A stretch of DNA of 64,000 nucleotides from an uncultured Flavobacteriaceae bacterium (GTDB lineage Bacteria > Bacteroidota > Bacteroidia > Flavobacteriales > Flavobacteriaceae). The stretch is from assembly GCA_963709465.1 (NCBI GenBank), contig CAVPWF010000001.1, forward strand, positions 129,956 through 193,955, in the 5' to 3' direction. Under the pieces are notes generated by a model. That model worked only from the letters and a program-made list of their open reading frames with translations. It was not told the origin of the DNA and did not search any database. Position 1 is the stretch's first letter. Every line of letters starts with the position of its first letter. Below, piece by piece: positions 56,351 through 64,000 of the stretch. Position numbers and translations under genes: made by a program.

Positions 56351-59131
56351 TTAATTTTTAATATCTGTGTCTTGTTGTTTCAGCGCTGGAACAACAGGGT
56401 TTCCATCTGCGTCAATTTCTATGATTTCGTCAAAACCTAACTCATCTAATTTGGAGATGATTTCAGCCCTGTCCCCAACCATAAACCAATTGACATCTTC
56501 AGGTTTTACTATATCCTTGCTTACTCCTTTGATATCCTCCAAAGACAAATTACGCACATTCTGGTCATAGGTCTCGTAGTAATCATCGGGAAGTCCATAA
56601 CGCAACATGCTTCTCACCGAACTGTTCAGGGAACTATTCGTCTCCCATTGCCCAGGCAATTTTAATACCTGATTTGATTTTACCCGATCCAATTCTTCCT
56701 GTGTTGGCGGACGGGAACTAATGAAATCTGAAATTTCTTTTCTGAGTTCAGTAACAGATTCCGCGGTTTTATCCGTTTGAACGGGCGCATACAGGATAAA
56801 AGGACGCTCCTCTTTGGATCCCAAAACAAAGCCGCCAGCTCCATAAGACCAATGCTTATCCTCGCGAAGGTTCATATTGATGCGGGAGTTAAAATCGCCA
56901 CCAAGAATGTTGACCATTTGCTCCAGGGCAACTTCAGAAACGGCTCCATATTTTTCGGTCAAATGTCCGGCAATGATAACAGACTGTTGTGACTCCGGAC
57001 GATTCATCAGGTAGAGGGTGTTTTTTGTATAGGATTTAGGAGCCTTAAAAACAATTTGCGGCACCTCGCCTTTTTTCCATTTTCCCAATGCTTTTTCAAG
57101 CTTCGGTTTCAATTCGTTCATTGAAATATCCCCGGTTACGATCAATGTGGAATTGTTGGGCTTCATCCATGTATTGTAAAACGCTGTAATATCATCCCTG
57201 GTTAATTTCGCAACGGTTTCTTCATAACCGGTCCCTGTATACGGAGAGCCGTAGGGGTGGTCTTCCCCGTATAAATATTTGTTCATTACCCTTAGGGCCA
57301 TAGAAACGGGCTGGGACTTTTCTTGTTGGATGTCATTGATTTGTTCGTTTTTCAGGCGATCGAATTCTCCCTGTGGGAACTCAGGATTCAATATGACATC
57401 AGCAAACAGATTTAAACTCGCATCAAAACTTGGCTTTAAAGTGGACATATACACATTGGACTGGTCCTGGTCAGAAAAAGTGCTTAAAGTAGCCCCCAGT
57501 AATTGCAATTGCTCGTTTATTTGAAGTGAAGTCTTGTCCTTTGTTCCTTCATCCAAAAGGTTCATCGTCAGTTCAGCCGTACCCGGACTCGATAAATAGT
57601 CCGTTTTATACCCGGCATCAGTCACAAGATTCATAATCACGGTAGATACTCCTGCCCGCTGCGCCAATACTACATTAAGTCCGTTGGAAAGGCTGGTGCG
57701 CTGTAGTTCCGGGAATTTTGAACTCTTCTGAACCCCAAGCTCAGGTAGTTTGCTGCGATCGACAGAAGAGGGCTCTATGGTGTACTCAGGGAAAGGCTCA
57801 CATACCAGTATGTGCTTGCCTTTGGACAACCATTTTGCAGCAGTATTCTTTAAATCTTCTACAGTAGCATCTTGAACAAAATTCAATTTTGTTTTATAAT
57901 AAGAAGCATCATCATGATAGGTCTGGTTGGAAGCGAGAATATCAGATACCCCGCCAAAACCACCAATCCGCTCTAATCCTTTGATAAAACTGGCGAAATA
58001 GGCGGCTTTCACCCTTTGCAATTCCGCTTCGGTTGGCCCTTCTTCAATAAACCTGGAAATTTCGGCCCATAGTTCGCGCTCCAACTTTTTAGGATCTTCA
58101 CCCTGTTTGATATTGAGATAAACAATAAACTCACTTGCAATCTCACTGGAAGATTGAAAGGAAACTGCGGAACTCGCCGATTGATCTTCATAAACGAATT
58201 TTTTATACAATCTTGAGTTCTTGCCACTTGTTAAAATGGCAGATATCAAATCGAAGTGCAAATCCTCCTGAGCTCCATACTGAGGGGTATTCCATGCAAA
58301 AAGCACGCGGGTCTCAGGCACCCGATCTTCATATACCTGGTAAGAATCATTGACTTTATTGGGAATATTTACTTCTGGTCTTTCAACAGTAGGTCCGGAG
58401 GGAATATCACCAAAGTACTGCACCACTTTTTGATACACTTCTTCCGGATTGATATCGCCGGCTACGGCTACCACAGCATTTGCCGCTCCGTAATATGATT
58501 TGAACCATTCCTGAACATCTTCCAGTGAAGCGGCATTGAGATCTTCCATCTCCCCAATAACGGTCCATGAATAGGGGTGCCCTTTAGGATACATCGCCTT
58601 GGTCAAATAATCCCACTGCTTTCCATACGGATTGTTTTCTCCCTGGCGCTTTTCGTTTTGCACCACTCCGCGTTGCTCATCCAAACGCTCCTGGTCGATA
58701 ACACCGAGTAAATGGCCCATTCGGTCAGATTCCAGGAACAATACCTGATCTAAGGCAGAAACGGGTATATTCTGAAAATAATTGGTCCTGTCATTGTTGG
58801 TAGTTCCGTTGAGGTCGGTTGCTCCTATACTTCCCAGGGCCTGGAAATAATCGGTATTATAATTCTCACTGCCATTGAACATTAAGTGTTCAAATAAGTG
58901 GGCAAATCCACTTTTGCCGGGTTTCTCGTTTTTCGAACCCACGTGATACCACACATTTACGGCTGCTATTGGAGCTTTGTGATCTTCATGCACCAAAAGG
59001 GTAAGCCCGTTTTTCAAGGTATATTTTTTATAGGGGATATCAATATCATCCGCCTTAAATTGAAAATCCTGGGCGTGGATAGTTCCTACTCCAAAGGCCG
59101 CTAAGAACAGCAAACAAAACAATTTTTTCAT
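56351..59131 (-). CDS. M16 family (pitrilysin-like) zinc peptidase, fused double unit
   Basis: 926 aa with a signal peptide. Inverted zinc motif HLFEHLMFNGS (HxxEH). The second half is an inactive-type M16 repeat. Confidence 0.85.
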   Translation of the reverse strand: MKKLFCLLFLAAFGVGTIHAQDFQFKADDIDIPYKKYTLKNGLTLLVHEDHKAPIAAVNVWYHVGSKNEKPGKSGFAHLFEHLMFNGSENYNTDYFQALGSIGATDLNGTTNNDRTNYFQNIPVSALDQVLFLESDRMGHLLGVIDQERLDEQRGVVQNEKRQGENNPYGKQWDYLTKAMYPKGHPYSWTVIGEMEDLNAASLEDVQEWFKSYYGAANAVVAVAGDINPEEVYQKVVQYFGDIPSGPTVERPEVNIPNKVNDSYQVYEDRVPETRVLFAWNTPQYGAQEDLHFDLISAILTSGKNSRLYKKFVYEDQSASSAVSFQSSSEIASEFIVYLNIKQGEDPKKLERELWAEISRFIEEGPTEAELQRVKAAYFASFIKGLERIGGFGGVSDILASNQTYHDDASYYKTKLNFVQDATVEDLKNTAAKWLSKGKHILVCEPFPEYTIEPSSVDRSKLPELGVQKSSKFPELQRTSLSNGLNVVLAQRAGVSTVIMNLVTDAGYKTDYLSSPGTAELTMNLLDEGTKDKTSLQINEQLQLLGATLSTFSDQDQSNVYMSTLKPSFDASLNLFADVILNPEFPQGEFDRLKNEQINDIQQEKSQPVSMALRVMNKYLYGEDHPYGSPYTGTGYEETVAKLTRDDITAFYNTWMKPNNSTLIVTGDISMNELKPKLEKALGKWKKGEVPQIVFKAPKSYTKNTLYLMNRPESQQSVIIAGHLTEKYGAVSEVALEQMVNILGGDFNSRINMNLREDKHWSYGAGGFVLGSKEERPFILYAPVQTDKTAESVTELRKEISDFISSRPPTQEELDRVKSNQVLKLPGQWETNSSLNSSVRSMLRYGLPDDYYETYDQNVRNLSLEDIKGVSKDIVKPEDVNWFMVGDRAEIISKLDELGFDEIIEIDADGNPVVPALKQQDTDIKN

Positions 59132-59378
59132 TTTCAGGGTTTTAATTCTATTTCTTGAAAAGATTCGAATCCTACAATATACTAATCCGCTGCCTTATAT
59201 CAAGCTAAATTCCAGCTTAATGCGGGCATTTAGGACGAAAAACCTCCCATTAATTATAGAATCATAAGATTTAGTCCCCGAATAACGAAAAAATGGGCAT
59301 GCCGGATAAGAGAGGGTTTAAAAGGGTGTACAACAATGAGTAGAAGCACGCCACTCGAATCCCGGAAGGGATTGGCAA

Positions 59379-60428
59379 TCAGATGTCGTCGTAGTCGATT
59401 TTTAAAACCGCCGATTCCGCGTGCGCCTGACAGGTGAGAATAAAGCCTTCGGCGAGTTCACTTTCGGTAAGGATTTGATTTTTGACCATTGAGGCCTTGC
59501 CTTCGGTAACGCGTGCGATGCAGGTACTGCAAACTCCGCCCTGACAACTGAATGGAGCGTCAATTTTCGCCTTGATCAGTGCGTCGAGCACGAGGTTTTT
59601 CCGATCGATTTCCAGGGTGTGGACCGCATCGTCCAAAGTAATCTCAAGATGCGTTTTACCTGAAGTTTCGGCGTCTTTTGAAGCTTCCGAATCGGGAGTC
59701 GTAAAAAGCTCGCGCTGAATGTTGTTTTCAGAAACCCCGTTTTCCTTCAGGGCAGCGGTTACTGTTTCGATCATCGGGAGGGGGCCGCAGAGATAAAAAG
59801 TATCCGGGATCATGGATTTGTGCTCATTTCGAGTGATGTAATTCACCTTACTCTTGTCGATTCGTCCGAACATGGACTCTTCTTCCTGATTTCGGCTGAA
59901 CAGATAATAAACGAAAAACCGATCGTTATATTTTTCTTTTAATTTCTGCAGAGAATCAAAATACATGGCTTCTTCCCGGCTTTTGTTCCCATAAACCAAA
60001 ACAACCTTGTTTTCGGTATTGGATTCCAGAGCCGTTTGAACAATACTCATTATAGGAGTTATCCCACTACCCGCTGCAAATGCTACGATCTTGCGGGGCG
60101 CCCGGTCAGCAGTAAATACAAAGCGACCCTGAGGAGGCATAACCTCGAGAACATCCCCTTTTTTCAATTCCTGGTTGGCATAAACTGAAAATGTACCACC
60201 CGGAACTTTTTTAACACCGATCGTGATCTTGTTTTCTCCGGGTTTTGAAGACAGGGAATACGCCCTTCTGATTTCGGTATCTCCTACCGGATGCTTAAGG
60301 GTGATGTATTGTCCGGCTTCGAAAGCAAACGCCTCTTTCAGGGACTCTGGTATTTCAAAGCTGATGTCGACAGCATTCGGGGTTAAGGGAGTTATGTCGG
60401 ATACGGTAAGGGGATAAAACTGAACCAT
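59379..60428 (-). CDS. ferredoxin--NAD(P)+ reductase with C-terminal plant-type 2Fe-2S domain (PaaE/phthalate-dioxygenase-reductase-like)
   Basis: 349 aa. Contains RRAYSLSS (FAD), GGTFS, AAGSGITP (NAD) and CQGGVCSTCIARV..C (2Fe-2S). Confidence 0.85.
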   Translation of the reverse strand: MVQFYPLTVSDITPLTPNAVDISFEIPESLKEAFAFEAGQYITLKHPVGDTEIRRAYSLSSKPGENKITIGVKKVPGGTFSVYANQELKKGDVLEVMPPQGRFVFTADRAPRKIVAFAAGSGITPIMSIVQTALESNTENKVVLVYGNKSREEAMYFDSLQKLKEKYNDRFFVYYLFSRNQEEESMFGRIDKSKVNYITRNEHKSMIPDTFYLCGPLPMIETVTAALKENGVSENNIQRELFTTPDSEASKDAETSGKTHLEITLDDAVHTLEIDRKNLVLDALIKAKIDAPFSCQGGVCSTCIARVTEGKASMVKNQILTESELAEGFILTCQAHAESAVLKIDYDDI

Positions 60429-60548
60429 TTATAAAAATTTTTTGCAAAATTAAGCAAAGCAAGTCTAAGAAAACCTGTGGTTTCTATACTTTTAACGGGT
60501 TTGTAACAAATTCAGGCAAGACAATACTAATGATGAGCCAAACCGAAA

Positions 60549-62024
60549 ATGTCCATGTTTAAGCACTTTTTTAACCTGGAGTGGAAGTCTTTTTTCAGGT
60601 CTTCTTCTTTTGCCACCAACCTGGTCTTTAAGATCCTGACGATTTTTGCACTCCTCTACTTTATAGTGGTTTTCCTGTCCCTTGGGATTGGCGCTTATTT
60701 TATTATTGAAAAGGCCGGCCTGGGAGACCCGCTGCGGGTGGTCAATCGATTTATGATTTATTATGTGGTCATGGACCTCTACGCCCGGTACATGTTGCAG
60801 AAGATGCCGGTCACCAATATCAGACCATTGCTCTATCTCCCGATTAAGAAAGATTCCGTGGTATGGTATTCCCTGGGTAAAACTGTGCTTTCCTTTTTTA
60901 ACTGGTCCCACGCTTTTTTCTTTATTCCCTTCTCCATCGTCCTGATTATAAAGGATTACGCACCGATGCAGGTTATCGGGTGGCACCTGGGAATCATGGC
61001 CCTGTTTTTTGTGAATAATTTTGTGAATATCCTGGTCAATAATCAGGACCGTATTTTTTATCCCCTACTGGTTATCCTGGCGGTCCTCGGGATTTCACAG
61101 TATTACGGATGGTTCGATATTACCCTGTACACCGCTCCGATTTTCGATGCCTTTTACGATTTGCCCTGGACGGCAATACTTCCGTGGGGTGTCCTGGCAG
61201 GGGTCATTTGGGCTTCTTTCAGGTATTTCAGAACAAATATGTATCTGGATGCAGGTCTTGCCCTGAAAAAACAGGAAGGCAAAACAGAAGATTACGTCTG
61301 GCTAAACCGATTTGGGAATCTGGGAACCTTTCTCAAAAATGACATCAAACTCATTCGTCGCAACAAACGCTCCAGAACCACCGTCATTGTGAGCTTTCTT
61401 TTCTTGTTCTACGGCCTTATTTTCTTTTCGGGCCCCTACGATTCCTATCCTATAGTTTTTGTCTTTGCCGGCATTTTTGTGTCGGGAGGCTTCTTATTCA
61501 CTTTTGGCCAATATGTTCCCAGTTGGGACAGCTCCTATTATCCGCTGATGATGAGCCAAAACATTCAATACAAAGAGTATTTGAGCTCTAAATGGTACCT
61601 GATCATCATCGCTACCGCATTGAGCACCTTACTGGCCGTATTTTACCTGTATTTCGGATGGAAAACCTATCTGGCTGTTTTGGTTGGGGCGGTCTACAAT
61701 ATAGGTGTCAACTCTTATCTCGTTTTATGGGGAGGGGCCTATGTTAAAACCCCTATCGACCTGACGACCAACAAAAAAGCCTTTGGAGATAAGCAGGCCT
61801 TTAATGGAAAAACACTGCTTCTGACGATCCCTAAACTGGTTCTTCCTTTGGTGCTTTTTTGGATCGGAGACTTCTTTTTCAACCAAACTGCCGGCTACCT
61901 GATGGTCGCTTTGGCCGGGGTTGTCGGTTTTGCCTTTAAGGACCTGGCCTTTAAACAAATTGAAAAAGTCTATAAAAAAGAGAAATATAAAACCCTTTCT
62001 GCCTACCGTGAAAAGGGGGCCTAA
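60549..62024 (+). CDS. polytopic membrane protein, probable ABC-2-type permease partner (recalled as DUF5687-like, unverified)
   Basis: 491 aa with ~12 TM helices, directly upstream of an ABC ATPase gene. Confidence 0.65.
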   Translation: MSMFKHFFNLEWKSFFRSSSFATNLVFKILTIFALLYFIVVFLSLGIGAYFIIEKAGLGDPLRVVNRFMIYYVVMDLYARYMLQKMPVTNIRPLLYLPIKKDSVVWYSLGKTVLSFFNWSHAFFFIPFSIVLIIKDYAPMQVIGWHLGIMALFFVNNFVNILVNNQDRIFYPLLVILAVLGISQYYGWFDITLYTAPIFDAFYDLPWTAILPWGVLAGVIWASFRYFRTNMYLDAGLALKKQEGKTEDYVWLNRFGNLGTFLKNDIKLIRRNKRSRTTVIVSFLFLFYGLIFFSGPYDSYPIVFVFAGIFVSGGFLFTFGQYVPSWDSSYYPLMMSQNIQYKEYLSSKWYLIIIATALSTLLAVFYLYFGWKTYLAVLVGAVYNIGVNSYLVLWGGAYVKTPIDLTTNKKAFGDKQAFNGKTLLLTIPKLVLPLVLFWIGDFFFNQTAGYLMVALAGVVGFAFKDLAFKQIEKVYKKEKYKTLSAYREKGA

Positions 62025-62038
62025 AACAATAAGACACC

Positions 62039-62734
62039 ATGATTACTGTTAAAGAACTAACTAAAAAATACGGGGCCCAGACGGTTCTCAATCTGCAGGA
62101 GCTTCAAATTCCCAAAGGAGAGAGCTTTGGTCTGGTTGGGAATAATGGGGCCGGGAAAACCACTTTTTTCAGCCTGCTGCTGGACCTGATTCAACCCTCA
62201 ACAGGCGGGATACTCAACAATGGGGTTGAGGTACAACAAAGTGAGGCGTGGAAACCCTTTACAGCGGCGTTTATAGATGAAAGTTTCTTAATCGGGTATC
62301 TCACCCCTGAGGAGTATTTCTATTTTATCGGCGAATTGAGAGGACAGTCCAGATCTGAGGTAGATGCCCTGATGGAAAGCTTTGAAGATTTCTTTCACGG
62401 GGAAATCCTCAATCAGAAGAAATATCTCAGAGACCTCTCCAAAGGAAATCAAAAGAAGGTAGGAATTACAGCTACTTTTATTGGCAACCCGGAAGTAGTT
62501 ATTCTCGATGAGCCCTTCGCAAATTTGGATCCTACCACCCAAATTCGTTTAAAGGGAATTATCAAGGAACTCACCCAGAACCGTGAAGTTACTGCCTTAA
62601 TTTCCAGTCATGATCTCGTACATGTAACCGAGGTTTGCGAACGCATTGTAGTGCTTGATAAAGGCGCAATCGTAAGGGACATTCAGACATCCCCCGAGAC
62701 CCTCAGGGAATTGGAGGATTTCTTTGCCGGATAG
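62039..62734 (+). CDS. ABC transporter ATP-binding protein
   Basis: 231 aa. Walker A GNNGAGKTT, signature LSKGNQKKV, Walker B VVILDEP and an H-loop SSHD. Confidence 0.9.
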   Translation: MITVKELTKKYGAQTVLNLQELQIPKGESFGLVGNNGAGKTTFFSLLLDLIQPSTGGILNNGVEVQQSEAWKPFTAAFIDESFLIGYLTPEEYFYFIGELRGQSRSEVDALMESFEDFFHGEILNQKKYLRDLSKGNQKKVGITATFIGNPEVVILDEPFANLDPTTQIRLKGIIKELTQNREVTALISSHDLVHVTEVCERIVVLDKGAIVRDIQTSPETLRELEDFFAG

Positions 62735-62893
62735 AAAGTTAGGGGTGTTTGGTACGGCGAGCTTACCATGGATAAATGACATCGCTTGATATCAAGGGTT
62801 TCATATTTCCCGGAAACCTCTTGAATTTCATAGGTCTGGCCATACTAAACCGGGTGTTTTGTAGTTTAGATATCATACAGGAATCCGGGAATT

Positions 62894-64000
62894 TTGAAGC
62901 TTCGTTATTTTTTTCTACTCACAATTGGAGGGTTAGTATTTTTTTTAGGCGCTTGCAGCACTAAAAAGGACGCCTTTGTCAACCGCAACTGGCACGCCCT
63001 GAATACACGGTATAACGTCCTGTACAATGGGGATCTGGCCTTTGAAGAAGGGAGGGAGACGCTCAATAATGCGTATCGGGACAATTACTGGGAAATTCTG
63101 CCGGTAGAGCGTATGCAGGTCTCTGAGGAAATCCGCCTGGATTCGGAAGATAACAACCCCAATTTTTTAATGGCCGAGGAAAAAGCGACCAAGGCGATTC
63201 AAAAGCATAGCATGGAAGTGGGAGGGCAGGAACGCAACCCTCAGACCGATGAGGCTTTCTTGCTGCTCGGTAAAGCACGATACTTTGACCAACGGTACAT
63301 TCCTGCCCTTGAGGCATTTAACTATGTGCTTCGCAAATACGAAAAGAGCAACAAGCTTAATGTCGCTCGCATCTGGAGGGAAAAGACCCATCTTAGGCTC
63401 GGTTACGATGAGTTGGCGCTTAAGAACCTGACGACCCTCTTTAAGTACGATGTGTTGTCTGACCAGGAATACGCAGATGGGCGTGCTGTGGCCGCCCAGG
63501 CGTACATTAACCTGCAAGCCCTGGACACTGCCGTACAGCAAATGAAAATAGCGGCTGCCTATACCAAAAAAACAGAAGAAAAAGGGCGGTATTACTATAT
63601 CATAGGTCAGTTATTTAACCACCTTGAGCATCCCGATAGTGCGGCTATGGCCTTTGATAAAGTCATTGAACTCAATCGAAAAATACCCCGGGTTTACCTG
63701 GTAAATGCGCAACTCCAAAAAATTAGAAATGTAGAGATCACCTCGGAAAACAAGGATGAGGTGCGGGAGTACCTGACGGATCTCGAAAAAAACCGGGAAA
63801 ACCGGCCTTATCTGGATAAAATCTACAGAAGTCTGGCGGTGTATTATCACAAAATTGAGGCAGAAGGAGCGGCCCTGGACTATTATAACAAATCGCTGAG
63901 GGCCAGTCAGAATGAGCTGCACCTCAACAGCCTTAATTACACGGATCTGGCCGAGTACTATTTCGATCAGAACAACTACAAAAGTGCCGGGGCCTATTAC
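62894..64000 (+). CDS. sprE: gliding motility / T9SS lipoprotein SprE (PorW homologue), N-terminal part (continues beyond the right edge)
   Basis: Absent from the ORF track because it has no stop in the window. TTG at 62894; the frame is open to base 64000. Lipoprotein signal LKLRYFFLLTIGGLVFFLGAC, then TKKDAFVNRNWHALNTRYNVLYNGDLAFEEG..YRDNYWEILPVER and TPR-like repeats, as I recall for SprE. Confidence 0.75.
   Translation, partial: MKLRYFFLLTIGGLVFFLGACSTKKDAFVNRNWHALNTRYNVLYNGDLAFEEGRETLNNAYRDNYWEILPVERMQVSEEIRLDSEDNNPNFLMAEEKATKAIQKHSMEVGGQERNPQTDEAFLLLGKARYFDQRYIPALEAFNYVLRKYEKSNKLNVARIWREKTHLRLGYDELALKNLTTLFKYDVLSDQEYADGRAVAAQAYINLQALDTAVQQMKIAAAYTKKTEEKGRYYYIIGQLFNHLEHPDSAAMAFDKVIELNRKIPRVYLVNAQLQKIRNVEITSENKDEVREYLTDLEKNRENRPYLDKIYRSLAVYYHKIEAEGAALDYYNKSLRASQNELHLNSLNYTDLAEYYFDQNNYKSAGAYY

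Noticed and set aside
58935-58950. Possible third parS (GAACCCACGTGATACC) containing the CACGTG core
   Set aside because: It matches only 10 of the 16 consensus positions and the arms are not palindromic. It lies inside the M16 peptidase coding sequence and is probably a chance match.
60492-60986. 164-aa minus-strand ORF
   Set aside because: It overlaps the start of the 12-TM membrane protein gene on the opposite strand. The plus-strand ORF is far longer and has coherent TM periodicity.
63167-63922. Minus-strand ORFs of 124 aa (63167-63541) and 103 aa (63611-63922)
   Set aside because: Both are antisense to the open sprE/porW-like frame (62894 to the end of the window), which carries a lipoprotein signal and recognisable SprE N-terminal sequence.
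1-64000. Window-wide look for tRNA, rRNA, tmRNA, RNase P or SRP RNA, CRISPR arrays, transposases, integrases, phage genes or known defence-system genes
   Set aside because: I recognised none. All intergenic regions longer than 150 nt (4940-5209, 18303-18546, 24893-25055, 27549-27787, 56045-56350, 59132-59378, 62735-62893) were read on both strands without finding cloverleaf-type or other known RNA signatures. This was a by-eye assessment, and covariance-model scans could still find something.

Overview
This 64-kb window looks like a chromosomal segment from a Bacteroidota, probably Flavobacteriia, genome. The evidence is a set of type IX secretion and gliding genes (a PorP/SprF-like gene, a type-B CTD cargo protein, SprE/PorW) and TAnnTTTG-type -7 promoter boxes. 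I found no rRNA, tRNA, CRISPR array, transposase or integrase. All family names come from motif recognition by eye and were not confirmed by any search.

Gene content, left to right:
- 1-4.9 kb (-): a T9SS adhesin cassette.
- 5-24.6 kb: housekeeping genes (glnS, gltX, alkB-like, a 1162-aa coiled-coil membrane protein, ybeY, mnmG, ompH, holB, pgk, an MltD-like gene).
- 25-29 kb: a large OmpA-family protein, tatA and an M23 peptidase.
- 28.1-50.1 kb: an unbroken plus-strand array. It holds GH3, a nucleosidase-like/Wzz-like gene pair, and a Wzx/Wzy-type polysaccharide locus (rfbCD, flippase, pyruvyl transferase, two Wzy-like genes, glycosyltransferases, a bi-domain oxidoreductase, a priming transferase, ugd, uxs), followed by purD.
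- 50-53 kb: an LPS-core-like block (DUF4254-like gene plus GT9).
- 53-56 kb (-): a TetR gene and an ArsS-type arsenosugar triad.
- 56-64 kb: M16 peptidase, a ferredoxin reductase, an ABC pair and the start of sprE.

Main observations:
1. Two canonical parS sites bracket mnmG, which suggests an origin-proximal ParB-loading region.
2. An uncharacterised protein with a PNP/AMP-nucleosidase-like C-terminal domain is translationally coupled to a Wzz-like protein at the head of the polysaccharide locus.
3. At least 7 frameshifts are concentrated in three consecutive polysaccharide genes (one lies in an A9 tract), and there is one more in ugd. The flanking genes are intact.
4. A PorP/SprF protein is fused to SPOR-like repeats.
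5. An ArsS/peroxidase-like/DUF2064 triad has no adjacent arsM.

I cannot distinguish real gene decay from homopolymer sequencing error using the sequence alone.
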